64,000 bases of DNA, taken from positions 1,116,001-1,180,000 of the forward strand of contig NC_088855.1 of assembly GCF_963853765.1 (NCBI RefSeq), written 5' to 3'. Below, in pieces: positions 38,001 to 52,007 of this stretch. Source of the stretch: Magallana gigas (lineage: Eukaryota). The position numbers were made by a program, and so were the translations under genes. Position 1 is the stretch's first letter; each line of letters starts with the position of its first letter. A model generated the notes under the pieces. That model was not told the origin of the DNA and searched no databases. It saw only the letters and a program-made list of their open reading frames with translations.

Positions 38001-41000
38001 CAATCGAGTCATTCAGGTTGCATGGACTTCTAAATGATAGAATTACACATGGTAGTAATATGTTGGTAAAAAAAGAATAAAGCCAAGTAAAAGGCTGTCA
38101 ATGTTGCAACAAACCAGGTTTTCTTTTATGTGAAATGTATTCATAATTCATGTCAACCCTGAATTGATAAACACTACCTACCGCATTCAGAGAAATGGAA
38201 TACCCTACATTAATATGCAATGTTTTGCCGAAAAAATGACTAAGTTCAAAAACTAGTATTTTTCATTCATTATCAGAAATTAAAATTCTAGCAATATGCA
38301 CACCTCTGATATATGTACAATTGGTCTACGAAAGAACAACTCCTTATCTTCAAAACTGTAGAAGGAGTAATCCGTATAAGGGAACTCTTTTGGCAGCCAT
38401 CCGCCCGCCCGCTATTTTCACTATTTCAATAACCGTTTTTTCTGTTGAAAATCCCCGTTAAAAACTAAAATCAACAAAACAGAAAACATCGTTTATTCTT
38501 TGAAAGAATTCCCGAAGTATCTGCATCATCTTGCACAGATAGTGCTGCTTTACTTGGCGTGCATATCAAATACGTGTGTCGTTCTTACAGAGTACATGAC
38601 GTCTACATCTTACGGTGGACCCCGGCCGCACTACATTCAACACAGTAGATATGTGATCATAGTCAATCCAAGAAAGTAAGAATGTAAAACATTGTTTTTA
38701 CGAAAACACTCCGTTTTCTAAAGTCCATGTTACTGCACGATCTACTACAATGTGTGGTTTGCGCATGTTCGATATTATACCACCACCACACAGGGTAACC
38801 TTTTACAATGATCGAGGGTTTTTGAAATGTGTTCTTGGATTTTAGTCTGTTTTGTTTCGTTTTTCATTGGATATTCTTTACCAGTGCAGTGATAGAAATG
38901 AAATACCTGAATGCGTTGATGCATATTTAGTGGTCTCGGCCTTATACAAGGGATGTGAATGAATAGAAATCGACAACTAAAATGGCGTAGTCTGAGATAA
39001 AAGGGAAATAATGCGTATTCATATCAGCTTTAAGTAGATTTGTAAGGTTACACAAAACGTCACCACGAATGTCGTCGTCTGAAGATTTCTCTAGATCTGG
39101 TTTAACAGGGTCGTGGTTCCGAATCTCTTCAAAATAGTGTTCCATGTTATCACTTAATCTCTTGGCAAATCTCCCCTTACATTTTGTCCTCTATGCAAAA
39201 TACACAAAATTATGATTACGAGATTTTAAACATCAGCATGTACAATTATCTAGTCTAACGTGCTTATTAGACCATATACATGTACAATTTAAGTCAATTA
39301 TGATCATCAGACGAGACGTACGCCCAATATGAAAATATAAGTTCTTTGTAACTTTTTGTGCTTACCTTCCTATAACAGTGTTTCCTGTAGAATTTCTCGT
39401 TCATTTTACCTTCTTCCAACGAGCAAAGATCTTTATCCTACATACAAATAACCACATATAAGAACTTTGTGATATTTATCGTTGACCAACAATGTTAACT
39501 TACAATGCATACATAAGTGGGGGTGGATGGGTTCAGATTTGCAATTTTTTGTTTAATTTAAAAAAATTCTTTAAAACATATTTTTAAATACTAAAATGAC
39601 ACAGAACAAGCCTCTGATATTCATGATTAAAAAGAAATTTAACAAAATTACTGTTTTTCTGTTTGAAAAAGTTAGCTAAAATTCCGTTTATGTAAATGCA
39701 TAACATAGGTTTTTTTGGAAGGTTTGGTATAACAACGCACTTCTTGTTCGGGTTCTTCCTGGTCTTCTTCCTCCTCTTCGTTTTCCCTCTTGTCTTCCTC
39801 TTCTTCATTTTCCTCTTCACTGTCATCGTCTCTGACCTACAACGCGGATACAACAAAGTAAGATCATTATATCACCCAGTTCATACATGTTGCACACGTA
39901 AACTTCTTTCAGTGTGATAAGTCCTAGGCAGTAGTAGGAGAAACAAAGAACGACTTCAAAAGGTACCGACAAAACATCAACATGAATTTAAATGTTTTTA
40001 TTTACCACCCTACAATCAGTGCTTCACAAATGACTCAATTGTTAAGCAAGTCAATGTGATTGATGAGTATTTTCATTTTCTAGTGTCTTTATCTATTATA
40101 ACATTGCATATCAATTTTGTAATTTTTAGTCCAATACAGTCTATCGATTATTTTTTAAAATATTTAATCAAATAATGAATGAAGATAATATAAATAGAAG
40201 TACTAAATACTTCTTTGAATATTATGAGATGATCAAATACAGGGCGTTGTCAAATCTATCANNNNNNNNNNNNNNNNNNNNNNNNNNNNNNNNNNNNNNN
40301 NNNNNNNNNNNNNNNNNNNNNNNNNNNNNNNNNNNNNNNNNNNNNNNNNNNNNNNNNNNNNNNNNNNNNNNNNNNNNNNNNNNNNNNNNNNNNNNNNNNN
40401 NNNCACTGTGTAGTACCTTTATCATGACGCCGAGCACTACCAGACTGTCCTTTACAGGTTTAGCCACACCTATGTTATCGAATGAACTGTCGTAAAACAC
40501 CAAGTGAGCCTTTAAATAGAAAAGATGTACAACATCATCAATCGGAGGCATCTTCGGTAGTAAAATGTCCGATTCGTTTTTCTTATCTCCGGAGATGAAA
40601 AAAAGCGTATCGGAAACATGGCTACCGAAGATGAATTGAACGGTAAACATAGCCGACATTTTGATATTGTGTTATCCAGTATTAGGTGATTCCGTAGTGT
40701 TCTTCCTATATCGCATCTACCTCAGTTGCTTAAAATATAGTTTAACAAATAGTCATTTCATATACTTATTTAGTTAAGAAATAAACAGCAATTTAAAAAG
40801 ATTTTCTGGGATATTAACTTGGTCACGTGATCAAATCTTGTGAAGCCCGAAGGGCTTCTAAGAGGATTTGATCACGTACCATCGAAGTTCAATAAGCACG
40901 TGCAGTTATCATTGTGACGTCACGAAAACGTTCAAACAGAATTAAACATTTCCATAGGTTTATATAAGGAAACATACATGCCAATTTGTTTGGTTAGGAT

Positions 41001-43746
41001 TGCATTGAATTCTTATTGTTTGATGAAAAGGATGGTCGTATTACATATATATCTATTATCTGATAGCAACTGACAAAAATGTTCCTTATTTAAAAATACA
41101 AACATGATACGATAATGATCAATAGGCTCGTGCTTTACCTCCATTGGATAAAACTGGCCATCGATGGAGTGTTCTGATCCTTCATCATCATTGATGTTTG
41201 AGTCGGACGTACGGTTTGTTTCGTTGCCTATGTGTATATGGAGTTGGGCAAATATGTATTGTTTATCCCCGCGCATAGGGACGTTGGTTAGAATGATATT
41301 CTTCTTCAGCCTGAGAGCCTCGTCTGTTTCAACTTTGCAATCAAAGTCCGGAGAGTGTCCTGTAATTAATAATAAATTGTATACTGCACATTCATGCCGC
41401 AAAAGTTACAGTGCCGTTATTACGGTATGTATGAGAACGTATAACTTAAATTGGAAAATCAATTTAAGTGTTAAACAACACAATGAACGAACAGGCGATT
41501 TGATCAATCCATTTAAATCACAGATGACAATTCATTGGAATTCATATAGATACAAGAATAAAGTAATGAATAAACATGTATATGCCGTATTGCTATATGG
41601 AGAGATTGAGAGATACATATTTAAAAGTTTACTTTCTAGAACTAAGAATAAACAATTATGATTTACATTATTTTATCTTTATAAACTTAGTAAGACACGT
41701 ACATATATAACGATGCATGATTCCAAGACTAGCTAACTACATATATAAACACTTATAACATACCGTTGTTACTGATATTTGCTGGAACTCTGAGGTGAAG
41801 GTTGCGGAACTGTAGATCCCCAAACCCCTCCCTGATGGTTTCCGCGGTCTGAATGTTAATGGGCGACTGCCTGATGTCAGACCCACACGTGGACCAGCAC
41901 TGATGGACATTGCACCACTTCATTGGACCTAACCAAGACAGAATAATGGTAATCGAGATATGTTAGTCGTGAAACGATATCAGTTGTAATCAAAATAGGA
42001 TATATGTAATCGAAATAGAATAGATATAATCAAAATAGGATAGTTGTAATCGAAAAAGAATAGATGTAATCAAAACAGGATAGATGTAATCGAAATAGAA
42101 TAGATGTAATCAAAATACTATATATGTAATCGAAATAGAATAAATGTAATCAAAATAGGAAAGATGTAATCGAAATGGGATAGCAGTATATGTAACCAAG
42201 ATGGAATAGTTTTAATTAAGATATGATACTGTCGTTTCATCAATATTCGTTGAATACAAATTTTCGTGGATTTCGTTGTTAAGTTGATCCATGAAATTAA
42301 ATGTTCATTGAAGTGCAATTTTTATTAAGATTTTGTATAGATAGGGTCATTGGCCACGAATTTCCGTATCCTCGAAACTATGATTTTCCCTATATCCACG
42401 AAAATTGATACCCTTGAATATTAATGAAACCACAGTAGTTTTAATTGACAAAAGATGACTTTAATCATGATCGGTTAGTTGTTATCACGATTGGAGAGTT
42501 CCTATCCTGTTTTGATAGTTGTAATCAAGAATAATTGCTTTCAAGACAGGATGATTTAAAACAAATTGTTATAGTTTAAGATACATGTAGTTGTAATAAA
42601 GGAACACATAATGTAGTTGTCATTCAGATGGGTAGGATAGCTGCAATTAAGATAATTGAAATGATTACGATGTTTTATTAATATGGAATAGTTGTAACAC
42701 AGATACAAATAAAATAGTTGTAATCATCATTTGATAGATGTCAAAAGATGCATTGAGGAAGTCGTAATTCAGAAAATATTGTTGTTATTAGATAAATCTA
42801 GGATGATTTTAAGTATACCTAAAAAAAGTTGAAATCAAGATGAAAAAAAGTCGTAATTAAGATGTGATGATTTCAATCCAAAAGTGATAGTCGTAATAAT
42901 GTTATCATTGTTTTAATCAAGAGAGGATAGTCATTTATTAAGATAGGATAGTTATTATAAATATGCATTTAGGTTAAGTTATAATCAGAATAACATATTT
43001 ATCAAGATACATATACATGTATTATAGTTTGTATACAGAATAGAATAGTTGTAATCAAGACACAGTTATGATAGTTACATGTATATTCGTGTATACGTGT
43101 AGGATAGTTATAATAAAGAATGCTATGTGAGGTAAAAGGGCTCATCTTTAATGGGGTACCAATGCTGGACACACATGAAATTGTTGAATGAGGAACCGAT
43201 TTGATTGCCTTTGTTTTTCTAAAGACATTTTCAAGGGAAATGATTGTACATTAAAAAAAATAAACTAGTGGCCAATGTCACCTAGTTATGTAGGTCCGAA
43301 ATAATTGGACGTACACATGTATGTCTAATTCATTGAGGTCTTAACTATCGAGCATATAAGTACAGAATGTTATATTAAGTAGTTATTGGTATTCTTGTTA
43401 AAACAGTACACATATATACTTATAACCTCAGTTATATTGAAAAAGAATCAATTTTAAAAGATTGCTCGGGTTCATACACTCGTACTTATATTTTGATGTA
43501 ACTAATTCTATCAGAGATCTTGCTCTTAGTTATTATATGATCGAAATGAAAAATTAAATTAGTGATGAAAAACCATTAAAAAGACTTACCCTCACAATGA
43601 TTCTGATCATAACTAAAGTGGGCTTTGTTAATATCGTCATATCGACAATCGCCATTGGACTGCGGACGAACTCCCAAGAAACCTGCACCAAGCACTGTCC
43701 CGAGGGAAATCCACAGCAGGACCACTGACGACAAACACTGGGCCAT
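35049..43746 (-). CDS. Secreted alpha-carbonic anhydrase, nacrein-like, ~427 aa, with Asp/Glu-rich insert
   Basis: Exons 43746-43590, 41928-41764, 41359-41139, 40509-40417, 39836-39741, 39437-39366, 39190-39064, 35643-35414, 35304-35224 and 35090-35049 sum to 1284 bp in frame. Signal peptide, RQSPINI, NNGH (His64), QLHIH (His94/96), [12 protein letters not shown] (His119), [23 protein letters not shown]-terminus. The 39064 donor and 35643 acceptor are the least certain joins, and a gap lies in intron 4. Confidence 0.9.
36055..36200. repeat. Palindromic dispersed element
   Basis: Arms tctctcatgattttcgatggtatattatt...caacgagttgtatg / catacaacgagtt...aataatataccatcgcaaattatgagaga. A related half copy lies at ~19505-19605. 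Confidence 0.65.
36529..36684. repeat. ~155-bp palindromic dispersed element
   Basis: ataaatagagga...tgtgtgattttatatttgctttatccaacgagttgaaa / ttcaacgagttggataaagcaaatataaaatcacaca...tctatttat, with a GC-rich centre. Confidence 0.75.
38088..38464 (+). mobile_element. Helentron/HINE-like non-autonomous element, single-unit copy
   Basis: Same 5' segment, one 180-bp core unit, a short (CCCG) microsatellite and a 3' hairpin AACCG...CGTTAAAAA as in 58836-60294. Confidence 0.75.
40262..40403. other. Assembly gap (N run) inside the carbonic anhydrase intron
   Basis: 142 N. Confidence 0.99.
40820..40885. repeat. Short palindromic element with AAGCCC-GAA-GGGCTT tip
   Basis: ggtcacgtgatcaaatctt...aagcccgaagggctt...ggatttgatcacgtacc; related to 45886-46026. 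Confidence 0.65.
41985..42190 (+). repeat. ~20-bp minisatellite (GTAATC(G/A)AAATAG(A/G)ATAGAT), with degenerate continuation to ~43120
   Basis: About ten tandem units alternating gtaatcgaaatagaatagat and gtaatcaaaataggatagtt; gtaatc/gatagt motifs recur further right. Confidence 0.8.
42227..42437. mobile_element. ~210-bp TA-flanked MITE
   Basis: TACTGTCGTTTCATCAATATTC ... GAATATTAATGAAACCACAGTA terminal inverted repeats. Confidence 0.7.
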
Positions 43747-44655
43747 CTCTAGTCAGCCCCAAAGGACAGCGCTTACTTTATAGACCAAAAGTCTCGTGTT
43801 TTGTAACAGATGAATGCCTCGTTGACAATAATTAGTTGAGAAGAAATAAAAACGATTAAGGAAATAATTTAATTATATTGAAATAAAAATCGTTAAACAT
43901 GCAAATCACATTTTGCAGTAAAAAAAAAGTGCATTGAAAAACGGACTTGATATTCAATTCCGAATTTTAAAATTTTTATAATTAATTAACTTAATTATAG
44001 GATCATTTTTGACAAGAAGCTATCGTTGAGACTACTTGTGTTAGAGATACACTACTTTTTGAGATACAAAACTGCAAGCTTACAACAAGTCCTTGTAGAA
44101 AACTGGGCACTCATTTTCGAGAACAAGAAGTAGATATAAACGTCAAACAAGAAGCCCTTCGGCTTCCCTAAGCAATGTTTTAACTCATGTATAATAAAGT
44201 AACTAAATATATATTTTACAGGGCTTTTTGGTATGAATAAGCCAATTCCAACCTTTTACGTTTTAACATTACGTTTATTGCATTACACTATTATTAGAAA
44301 GAATTAAATATTGAATAAAAATTAACAATACAAAGATCAATAGTTCTTTTTTACACCATTCATTTTAAGAGTACCACATGTGTCTTCAGGAAGAAACTAT
44401 TTTATTTTTACACAAACCGTCAATTTTATCACCGGTATTTCCAGATCTAATCAAGTTACCGTTTCCAAATGCAACACAATTAAATTATACGTAAAAGATG
44501 ATGACTTTTTGTTTTCATAAAGTTTTCCTCCGTTAATTTTGGAGTTCATAATTAATTGTGTTTATGTTGACGTCTTTTCATGCATCAAGTCGTAGGTTTA
44601 TAATATCTTGGATGTATTGACTAGACTCAGCGTATAGGTGAGTACAGCATTGTCA

Positions 44656-47600
44656 TTAGTTGTCTCTTGACCGAATGTACAATTTGATGCCATCCACAGG
44701 TCGCATGACAGCTGCTATCACTTTATCAACCTTATGATCCTTGTCCAACGAAAAGGAAAACCTGAACAAGAAGACGCCATATATAATTTCAACAAAAAAT
44801 ACCTATAAATCCCTGTGAGGAAGACGTGCATGGGTTAAATGAACGTTTTTTTTTAAATTTTATGCACCAATTAATAATTATATAATCGGCGTCCATTTGA
44901 AAAAAAATGCTTCCGTTTTAATGATGTGTCGCTACATTATACGCAGCCTTGGTATTTCTGTATTTTATTTCAATTTTATAGTCACATTAATGTTTATTGA
45001 TTTATTGACATATAGTTCCATACAATGTGGCTTATAACTTCCCAATGTGTATCCTTACCTTTAGTACAGACAAATTTTCCTTAGAGACATGTATAATTAG
45101 CAGATAAGTCAAATCCTTGATTTTTTTTTTAAATTTAAGTCACGCTTCATCCTCGGAATGCAAAGCCATAAATATCTTACCTTGTAATGACCAATATGTA
45201 TCCTAACAACTACACTCAACTTGACCCTGAATATAATTAACACCTGCAGCTGTCATAAGCATGATGTACACAAGTTAATTTTGAATGCACATCGTCTGTT
45301 CAAAGCGAGTTTGATAAAAAGTCCCTTAAGAATAACCTATTTGTAATAGCTAAATATGCACACCTTTGACGTTAATTATTTAAAAACAGGAGAAACATTT
45401 GTGTAATAGATTTATGTTAACAGTGGCAACTGATGTCATGTTTAACCTTATTTAAATTGTTGAAACCCGTGTTACATCCGGTAATGAGAGTGATGCTACC
45501 ATTCATCAAACACTTATTGTCAGTGTCAGACCTACTTACGGCGGGTAACGAAATGTTGAATGTAGTCAAAAGATAAACTATTTCATCTTTCAGTAGTTTG
45601 CAAACAACATTAAACTTAATTTACTTTGGATGTTCGATTAATAGAGAATATAAGATCAACAAACATTATGACAGGACAATTTAGACAATTCACGTACGTG
45701 TATTTATATTTCAGAATATTTACATTCTCCAGTGTCTTTGCCTGTGATTACATTACGTATCGATTTTGTACTATATAACCCATAACTATAAATGACACCA
45801 AATAAAGGCGCCAGTGGGGTTTGTTTATTTTTATTTAAATATTTAATCTAACGATGGCTTAAAAATATATAAAGATAGGTACTATGGAATCATTCTTTGA
45901 ATATTATGAGGTGAAAATTTCGGTCGGGGCGTGATCAAATCTTTCATAAAGCCCTCGGGCTTTATTGGATTTGATCACGCCCCGACCAAAACTATCACCT
46001 CAAAATACTCAAAGAATGATTCCTTACTCCTCAAATGTTTTCGCTATACACGTATTTTTATTATATTTCATGCCAATCTTAACCATTTTATTTCAATTTC
46101 CATGCTTTGTTTTTCAAAGTTCAATCCAGATGAATTTTAATGTGGACGATAAAAAGCTTTCCTATTTTTTAAAAAAAAACCTACCTTGGTGAATATGTAC
46201 TCACCTACGTAATAGGCTAGCTAACACCACTTTCTCTTCGCTCATGGCAAAGTTTTGTCCTATACAGTTTCTGAAGTTCAAATGAAAAAAACATTTACTT
46301 CTGGATGAATATGATTATTTTGATTTTAAATATCTTGATTCTATAAGCTCTAGTACATGTATAAAAATAAATTCTTAGAAAGTTCTTAGAAAACCGCATC
46401 TTTTCAAATTTTCATATTTTTCCACCGGGAAAGTAAAATATTAATTATGTTCATATACATGCTTATCTAACCATCGTTAAAATAATAATGCCCAACTTTG
46501 CTGTCATCGATCAATGAAGTATTGAAAATAATATAAAACAATAAAATAAAAAGACTGCAAACCTAGGTCCCGCCGAGAATGGACAAAACGCGAAGGAATC
46601 TCTTTTTTCCGAATTATCTCTGTTGAACCTTTCCGGTTTAAACTCCATATGATCCTGGCCCCATACTGTTGGGTTGTGATGCAGTGCGTAGAAGTTGATA
46701 AGAATTATGGTGCCCGGGGGTATGGTGACATCGTCTACCTTTATTGGCTGGGTGTTAACTCTGGACACCCCTGGGACAGGGGAGTGAACCCGCATACCTT
46801 CCTTGATACACTCGGTAAGGTAGTCCAACTTTCCCAAATCCTTCCTGCAATTTGAGCAACAATCGTGTTTATTGTATTTTCGCTAAAACAGTATCTTAAA
46901 TTTGAAGATTAAAATAAAACTCTGCTATTCAGACAACTGTTGGTAAACTGATTGAAAATTCAAAAAGTAGGACACAAATGCATTTACATGCCAGTCCGTC
47001 ATATTCCAGTCTTTACAGTTTACATTTATTTCACTGAATGACGGAAATCCATCAAGTGAGTTTAAAGGGACATGGTCGTGATTTTACAGAACCATAAACA
47101 AAGAACTATAAATGTATTTGATATGAATTGAATTTGGCCCCCACAATTCGCCATTATTTAAAGTGTTTTGGGTACAATAAACTGTTATGTTATTTTTTAG
47201 AAGAGTTGTTGTAAAATATATTTTTCACCTATTTATTTGTTTTAATTGCACTCACTGGCAGTATATGACGTCAGAAGTGACGCTATTTCTATAATTCAAT
47301 CAAAATCAGTCAAAACTTGACATTTTCCTTATCTTTTTATGAATGGAAAATATAGAGCGCATGCTTGAACAAGGAAAAAAAATGTCACTCATTAGCCTTG
47401 GCAAGATACATCTCCGATTAAAATATTTTGTTTGTTTAAGCATGCGCTCTATGTTTTCTCTAAGAAAAAATGCTTGAAAACAAGCTGTTTCATGCTAAAA
47501 ATGCGAAAATGACGGGAAAGTNNNNNNNNNNNNNNNNNNNNNNNNNNNNNNNNNNNNNNNNNNNNNNNNNNNNNNNNNNNNNNNNNNNNNNNNNNNNNNN

Positions 47601-50600
47601 NNNNNNNNNNNNNNNNNNNNNNNNNNNNNNNNNNNNNNNNNNNNNNNNNNNNNNNNNNNNNNNNNNNNNNNNNNNNNNNNNNNNNNATGTTAATTTTAGG
47701 GGGGGGGGGCATTTTAGGCCCATATCATATACAATCCTTTCATTTTTCTATTTTTAGTGTTTATATCGCTTTAAAAATGCATTTCTAATAATTAACCAAA
47801 ATTAGAGTGCCAGTCATAGAGTTATAAGCAAGATACCGAGCTTGGAATTCTTTGCCATGGAAACAAGGCTCGTACCCTGTTTTTGTTGTTTTACAAGCTG
47901 ATTTCTCTTTGTTCTAATTTGTTTTAAGCATACATTAATAGTTCCTAGCGTTTATAACATTCGATTCGATCCAAAACTGGAATTTTCACTTGTACATTCA
48001 AAACGTTAAGAAAGCTTTGTTTACATTACGAAGATTTGTGAGCTCTGCCTTCGGCTTATAAACTACGACTAACACTCAAAATTTGGTTGACCATTACAAT
48101 TACCTTACTGAAGCATTGTAAACGGACAAAAAAAGACTAAAATCGTGACCATCCCCCTTTAAATAACAATGCAATACTAACAACAAAACCTAATAATAAG
48201 GTACATATATATATGTAACAAATAAAAACTTTTTGACTTTTTGACTTTTTTGACTTTTACCACTCGAGTTGTCCAGACTTGGTCTCACTGACGACCTTAT
48301 CGATTTCTTCCTGACATTTCTGCTGACATTCAGGGTTCTCCGCCAGAGAATAGAGGATCCACGAGATGGCGCTAGCTGTAGTGTCATGACCTGCGTTCAT
48401 TAAGTGTTATTTTGTTATTGTTAGGGATAAAGTAATATATATCTATTCTGACATAAGAGAAATCTTGTGCATAAAAGCGTTTTGAGATTTACCTTCAAAC
48501 AAAAACGTGTCAACTTCATTTCGGATATCCTCTTTAGTCAATCCATTTCCGCTTTCATCTTTCGCAGTTAATAAGATGTCCAAGAAATCGAGATATCGTT
48601 TGTGTGATAAATCCTCGCGTTCCTTTTGATTTGAAAGAGATCATGCGTGGTAATCGATAAATCTCCAAAACATATAAGTATATAAGTATACTTCATCTTT
48701 TCAATTATTTATCTATGTTATGTTGTCTGGTCAATGTGAGTGGAAATATTACAAATATTTACATACAATTGGCATAATCAACCCTGGTAAGCTTAAAGAG
48801 TATCGAAGAGGGTCTTAACAAAACAGAAATATTACCAATATAAAAGAAAATAACAAAACGTTTGGAAGGAGGGGTCTCGAACATTTACTCTACAATTTTC
48901 CTAACAAGCTTGACAACAAGTGAATGTAAAGGGGGCGGGGTGCTTTATGGGCTCATATACTCACTAGCTCCCTCCGACGCTTGTCAATGATATCCTCAGC
49001 AATCTTGTGGACATAATCGCAATCTGATTTAAATTTTTGACCTTGTTTTGTTCTGTAGAAAATGAAATCCGGGTACAACCAGGGCGACCTAAAAGTATTA
49101 TAATCATTAAATAAGACATCCAAATTAATATATTCAAGAAACTAAAATCAAATACTTGAGTACTAAAATGGATAAAGAATTTTTATAAAGTAATGTAAAT
49201 CATAGACGATTATAAATATATTTACTTATTTCTTAAGAGCCATGTCATAGCTATGTCCTGTACGGCACTTACGTATGGATGGGTCGTCTCTCTAGTTAAA
49301 AAATATATCAACGAAGTAAAAACTGTGCTTTTTGTTGTTGTAAATTTCAATATTCATTATGATCATTAACAACATGTTTATATTGATTTTTTGTACATAT
49401 ATTTGTATAGATTAAGTGTTTGTTTGTCGACACACTTTTTTCGTATTTTCTTCATTGCCTTCCTTGACCATTCAAACATACCGTTATCTGGTACATGTAC
49501 ACTATTTGATTTGCTGTATTAATCTTTTAAGAAATTAAACTCTTTTGAAAAAGTGAAACAAAGGTTTTTGGGTATTATCAAATAATTTGAACGCTTAAAC
49601 ATCATGAACCTCACCCTCACGTTTCAGCAACATATGCCACGTCTATGTAAAAAAAACAACCAAACAAACAAACAAAAACATGTACCAATGTGATTTTTAT
49701 CACTGTGCCACATACCTTTTGCTCTGACAATCTGTTGTATAGGAGAAGGCACACCTTAGAATTATATCCAATGTACAGGAGCTGACCAGGTTGTATATTT
49801 CAACGCTTTTACCTGTGTCGGCATGTTCATTGAGGTTTTCCTGCGTTGTTAGCGAAATAAAATTAATTAGCTCTCGAAAAAAAAATTGGTATGTACCATT
49901 AGAAAAACTATAGTAGATTAACAAAAGTTTCTATAAGTACTATCAAAATTAAAATGCATGTATGTTGAATATCAAAGCAATTGATTCTTTTTTAAATGTA
50001 AAATCGAAAGTAAAATCAATTTAAATTGTTCCTTTGGATACCGATAATATATCTGCACAGGTCTTGTAGATTTTCACGTAAGGTTTCAGGATGTCAAAAT
50101 GGAAGGCGGGAGTAAGCAGACGTCTGGAGCGCTTCCATTTTTGTCCACTGGACATGAGAAGTCCCTCCCCCAGCCACGGAAGTCCATGGCGGTACGGTTC
50201 ACCGAACCCGACCGGTTTAGGATCTGTACGAATTATTATTATCGAAGACATTTTATTTTCATTGGTGAACATTTTGTCTGTGGATTTTATTCTCAGGTGA
50301 TTTACGAAATTAAAATGCCCAACCAGGTAATACAAATTCCAAAAACTTTGATTAATACAGCAGTTATCTATAAATTTCGTATTCTTCATTCTGGGTAATT
50401 ACATGTTTTAAACTTTTTCTCCAAACGAAATAAATTCCCACAAAAAGTTGCCCTTAATTACTCGATTATGATATGATATTAAATCGATTTCATTCACATT
50501 TTTCGCAATTTAAATTTCATCTCCTGGTTCACGAAATGTGTTTTCATATAACCAAGTTATACAATGAAACGCAAAATATTTTATCACAAAAAAAATTCAA

Positions 50601-52007
50601 GAACATAGTACTTGCATTATATATAACAACTCTGAAGATGTAGAATAGTAATAACAGTTTACAAGTAAAACAAAAGGTGTTTACTGAGCTTCGGGTCTAG
50701 TCCAACAAAATGTTTATATAATCATTAATTTTACGGTTATTGATTGGTGTTACAAAAAAACCCCATAGTATACATGTAAATTATAGCTGTTATTAATCAA
50801 TGTCTTGAAATAACATATTTATCATATCCATATGTATTGCTGATTAGTATCTTGAAATGGTTGGCTGGCTACCTGACGTCACGAGCACCTGTTTGACACA
50901 CTCCGGATGATGGAGGATGACACGGACACGGAAAGGTCCGGGCCTGATGATAAACATCTTTGGAAATTTTGCCGTCCATTCTAAGACTTTGTCTAATCTT
51001 GAAGTCTTTCCAGCAAACTGAAAATATTTAGCGCAAAAGAAATGGATTACTGCCATGAATAATACATGAAGATAAATCCGGGGATTTTATTCAAAGACGT
51101 TATCATGATAACTAGTATTCCACTCTATTGATTTCACAGTGTTAATACAAGGGTGTAGAAAAAGATTCATTTTGCATGCAAGAATTTATTGGCTTTTTAA
51201 ATGTATATGTTATTTTTAATATATTGTCATATTTTTTTTTTAAATATTCAGCGTGTTTCAGTAATTTTAAGGTCCAAATTTAGACCTTAAAACGCTAATT
51301 TATTTGTAGAGACTACATGTAGTATATCGAGTCTATTAGAAGGTTGAAAAATGCCAAAATACCCTGTACATGTACTGAATGTATCTTACGAAAGATGTAT
51401 TTTAAAATAATAAAATAACATTATATGCAATTACAAACTGAATGAAGAATTTAGACCAATGCCAGTACGAATTGTTGATATTTTGGAATCATCGGTTAGA
51501 CTTTTAAATTCATCGTTGAGATGAGTAATATTACAGTGTCTTCCTATTTGATACAGGTGAACTGACAACAAATATTTACACCGAGGTCAAAAAGTGTGAC
51601 GGTCTGTTTGTAAACAGGATTGGTTTGATAGTACACCCGTCTTAGCTAAAACTGCTTCATTACCTTTCATATCACATTAACGTGGGCTATTTTTCCCCAA
51701 TCGTGTTTACTTGAAGGCAAATACTGACGAATATTACATCAAATAAATAGATGCATTTAAATGATGCTAATTTTTAATCACCAAAAACAAAAAATACGTT
51801 TAAATTTATATCATGTCTGGTGCATAGTATACTGACCACTAGTAGGTGACCAAATAGCCAGTGTCTCTCTTCTATCGGTTCCGGGAAGCCTCGGAATAGG
51901 ATCCTCCGGTGGTACAGTCCGACGACAAGTCTGACGATAACGATAACGAGGCAGGCCAAGGTCAGTAGCAACAAAAGATGAAGCCAGTCCCCTCTTACTG
52001 CTTCCAT
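44656..52007 (-). CDS. CYP4: Cytochrome P450, clan 4 (CYP4F-like), complete, 508 aa
   Basis: Exons 52007-51837, 51017-50873, 50223-50042, 49840-49716, 49291-49226, 49088-48965, 48622-48493, 48390-48261, 46844-46563, 46270-46205 and 44761-44656 sum to 1527 bp in frame. N-terminal membrane anchor, [38 protein letters not shown] (ExxR), KPERF, FSAGPRNCIG. Symbol is family level only. Confidence 0.93.
45886..46026. repeat. ~140-bp palindromic dispersed element
   Basis: ggaatcattctttgaatattatgaggtga...ggtcggggcgtgatcaaatc / gatttgatcacgccccgacc...tcacctcaaaatactcaaagaatgattcc. Related remnants at ~40208-40261 and ~61408-61520. Confidence 0.75.
47522..47686. other. Assembly gap (N run)
   Basis: 165 N. 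Confidence 0.99.
47745..48159 (+). mobile_element. Kolobok-like TTAA MITE, 5'-truncated copy
   Basis: Internal homology to 2268-2765 and right end AAATCGTGACCATCCCCCT|TTAA. A matching left TIR sits at ~47062, on the other side of the gap. Confidence 0.7.

Noticed and set aside
39584-39917. Lys/Arg-rich minus ORF and Phe-rich plus ORF
   Set aside because: These are alternative-frame and antisense readings of the purine-rich acidic CA exon.
41164-41661. 165-aa plus-strand ORF
   Set aside because: Antisense shadow of a CA exon running into intron; no recognisable motif.
15000-47757. ORFs spanning N runs (15000, 15024, 24619, 40175, 47449-47757)
   Set aside because: Artefacts of translating assembly gaps.
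48190-48387. Similar ORFs [15 protein letters not shown] at 48190-48387 and 60377-60571
   Set aside because: Shifted-frame readings of the GHDTT exons of the two CYP4 genes.
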